Assembly (NCBI GenBank): GCA_000934665.2
Contig: JYFJ02001398.1
Coordinates: 61,393-81,392, forward strand
Direction of reading: 5' to 3'
Origin: Catajapyx aquilonaris
Taxonomy: Eukaryota
Length of the DNA stretch: 20,000 nt
Part shown: one piece after another, positions 19,576-20,000 of the stretch
Position numbering within the stretch: the stretch's first letter is position 1
Layout of the letters: each line of letters opens with the position of its first letter
Notes under the pieces: generated by a model
What the model saw: the letters and a program-made list of their open reading frames with translations, nothing else
What the model was told of the DNA's origin: nothing
Database searches by the model: none
Program-made: the position numbers and the translations under genes

Positions 19576-19848
19576 TCAAACCTTACATTCCTGCTGGCAG
19601 TCGGAGGCCAAAATGAGAAAAGTATGACAGGAGGGTCTATGTCCAAATACCAGTTCAACCACGTGGCCATTGGGAAGAATCTGTAATACCAACATTCATT
19701 CCAATATTCTTCTGCTTGGATTTGAACACAGCAGACAAGCAATGATGTGAGAAGGGTGATTCCGGTAAGAAGCTATGGCTCACCATGAGGGAGGTTACTT
19801 GTTTTGCTTCCATGTCAGCAAGTTCATTGCTGAGACTGCCAGCATGTA
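19576..19848 (-). CDS. Possible last two exons (19848-19784, 19680-19576) of an unidentified gene entering from the right edge
   Basis: tag|..HAGSLSNELADMEAKQVTSLM|GTGAGC ... ttacag|ILPNGHVVELVFGHRPSCHTFLILASDCQQECKV* joins in phase 0. No family recognised. Confidence 0.3.
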
Positions 19849-20000
19849 CTATATCGCACAAAAAGATAGAGACGATTTTGCATTTGACTCAAGTGCAACT
19901 TGCACTTGAGGCGCCTTCTTCCAAAACCCGATAAATCCAAGATAAATGGTTCCGAGATAATTGAGAAAAAGCTGTGGTGCCGAAGCTAATTAATATTACT

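Noticed and set aside
1..20000. Prokaryotic-type systems (CRISPR arrays, defence operons), tRNA/rRNA genes, autonomous transposons
   Set aside because: No spaced direct-repeat array, structural RNA signature, or transposase/reverse transcriptase ORF was seen. The window is spliced eukaryotic housekeeping genes.

Overview
Gene-dense eukaryotic genomic DNA with short GT-AG introns, most likely from an arthropod/insect (DRE and TCAGTT initiator motifs, a Drosophila-like sloth locus). It holds three head-to-head gene pairs: (1) an unidentified minus-strand multi-exon gene running off the left edge, paired with GMPPB (+, 4 coding exons, 359 aa); (2) the two-ORF sloth1-sloth2 locus (SMIM4/UQCC5 plus C12orf73/BRAWNIN/UQCC6, -), paired with a LAP-family LRR gene (Lap1/Erbin/Densin-like, +, 636 aa, one GC-AG intron, no visible PDZ domain); (3) the histone chaperone NASP (-, 500 aa), paired with BTF3/NAC-beta (+, 237 aa, repetitive K/E/A tail). 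Several degenerate foldback/MITE relics sit in introns, there is one (CT)n microsatellite, and the right edge may carry the last exons of another minus-strand gene. The most notable structure is the sloth1-sloth2 bicistron, which is already known in Drosophila. Here it shows extra features: a uORF with a stop/start overlap, an intercistronic mini-ORF, and a cryptic acceptor that would give an in-frame Sloth1-Sloth2 fusion. Gene models were spliced by hand and homologies recognised from memory, with no database search. I cannot claim a wholly new system.
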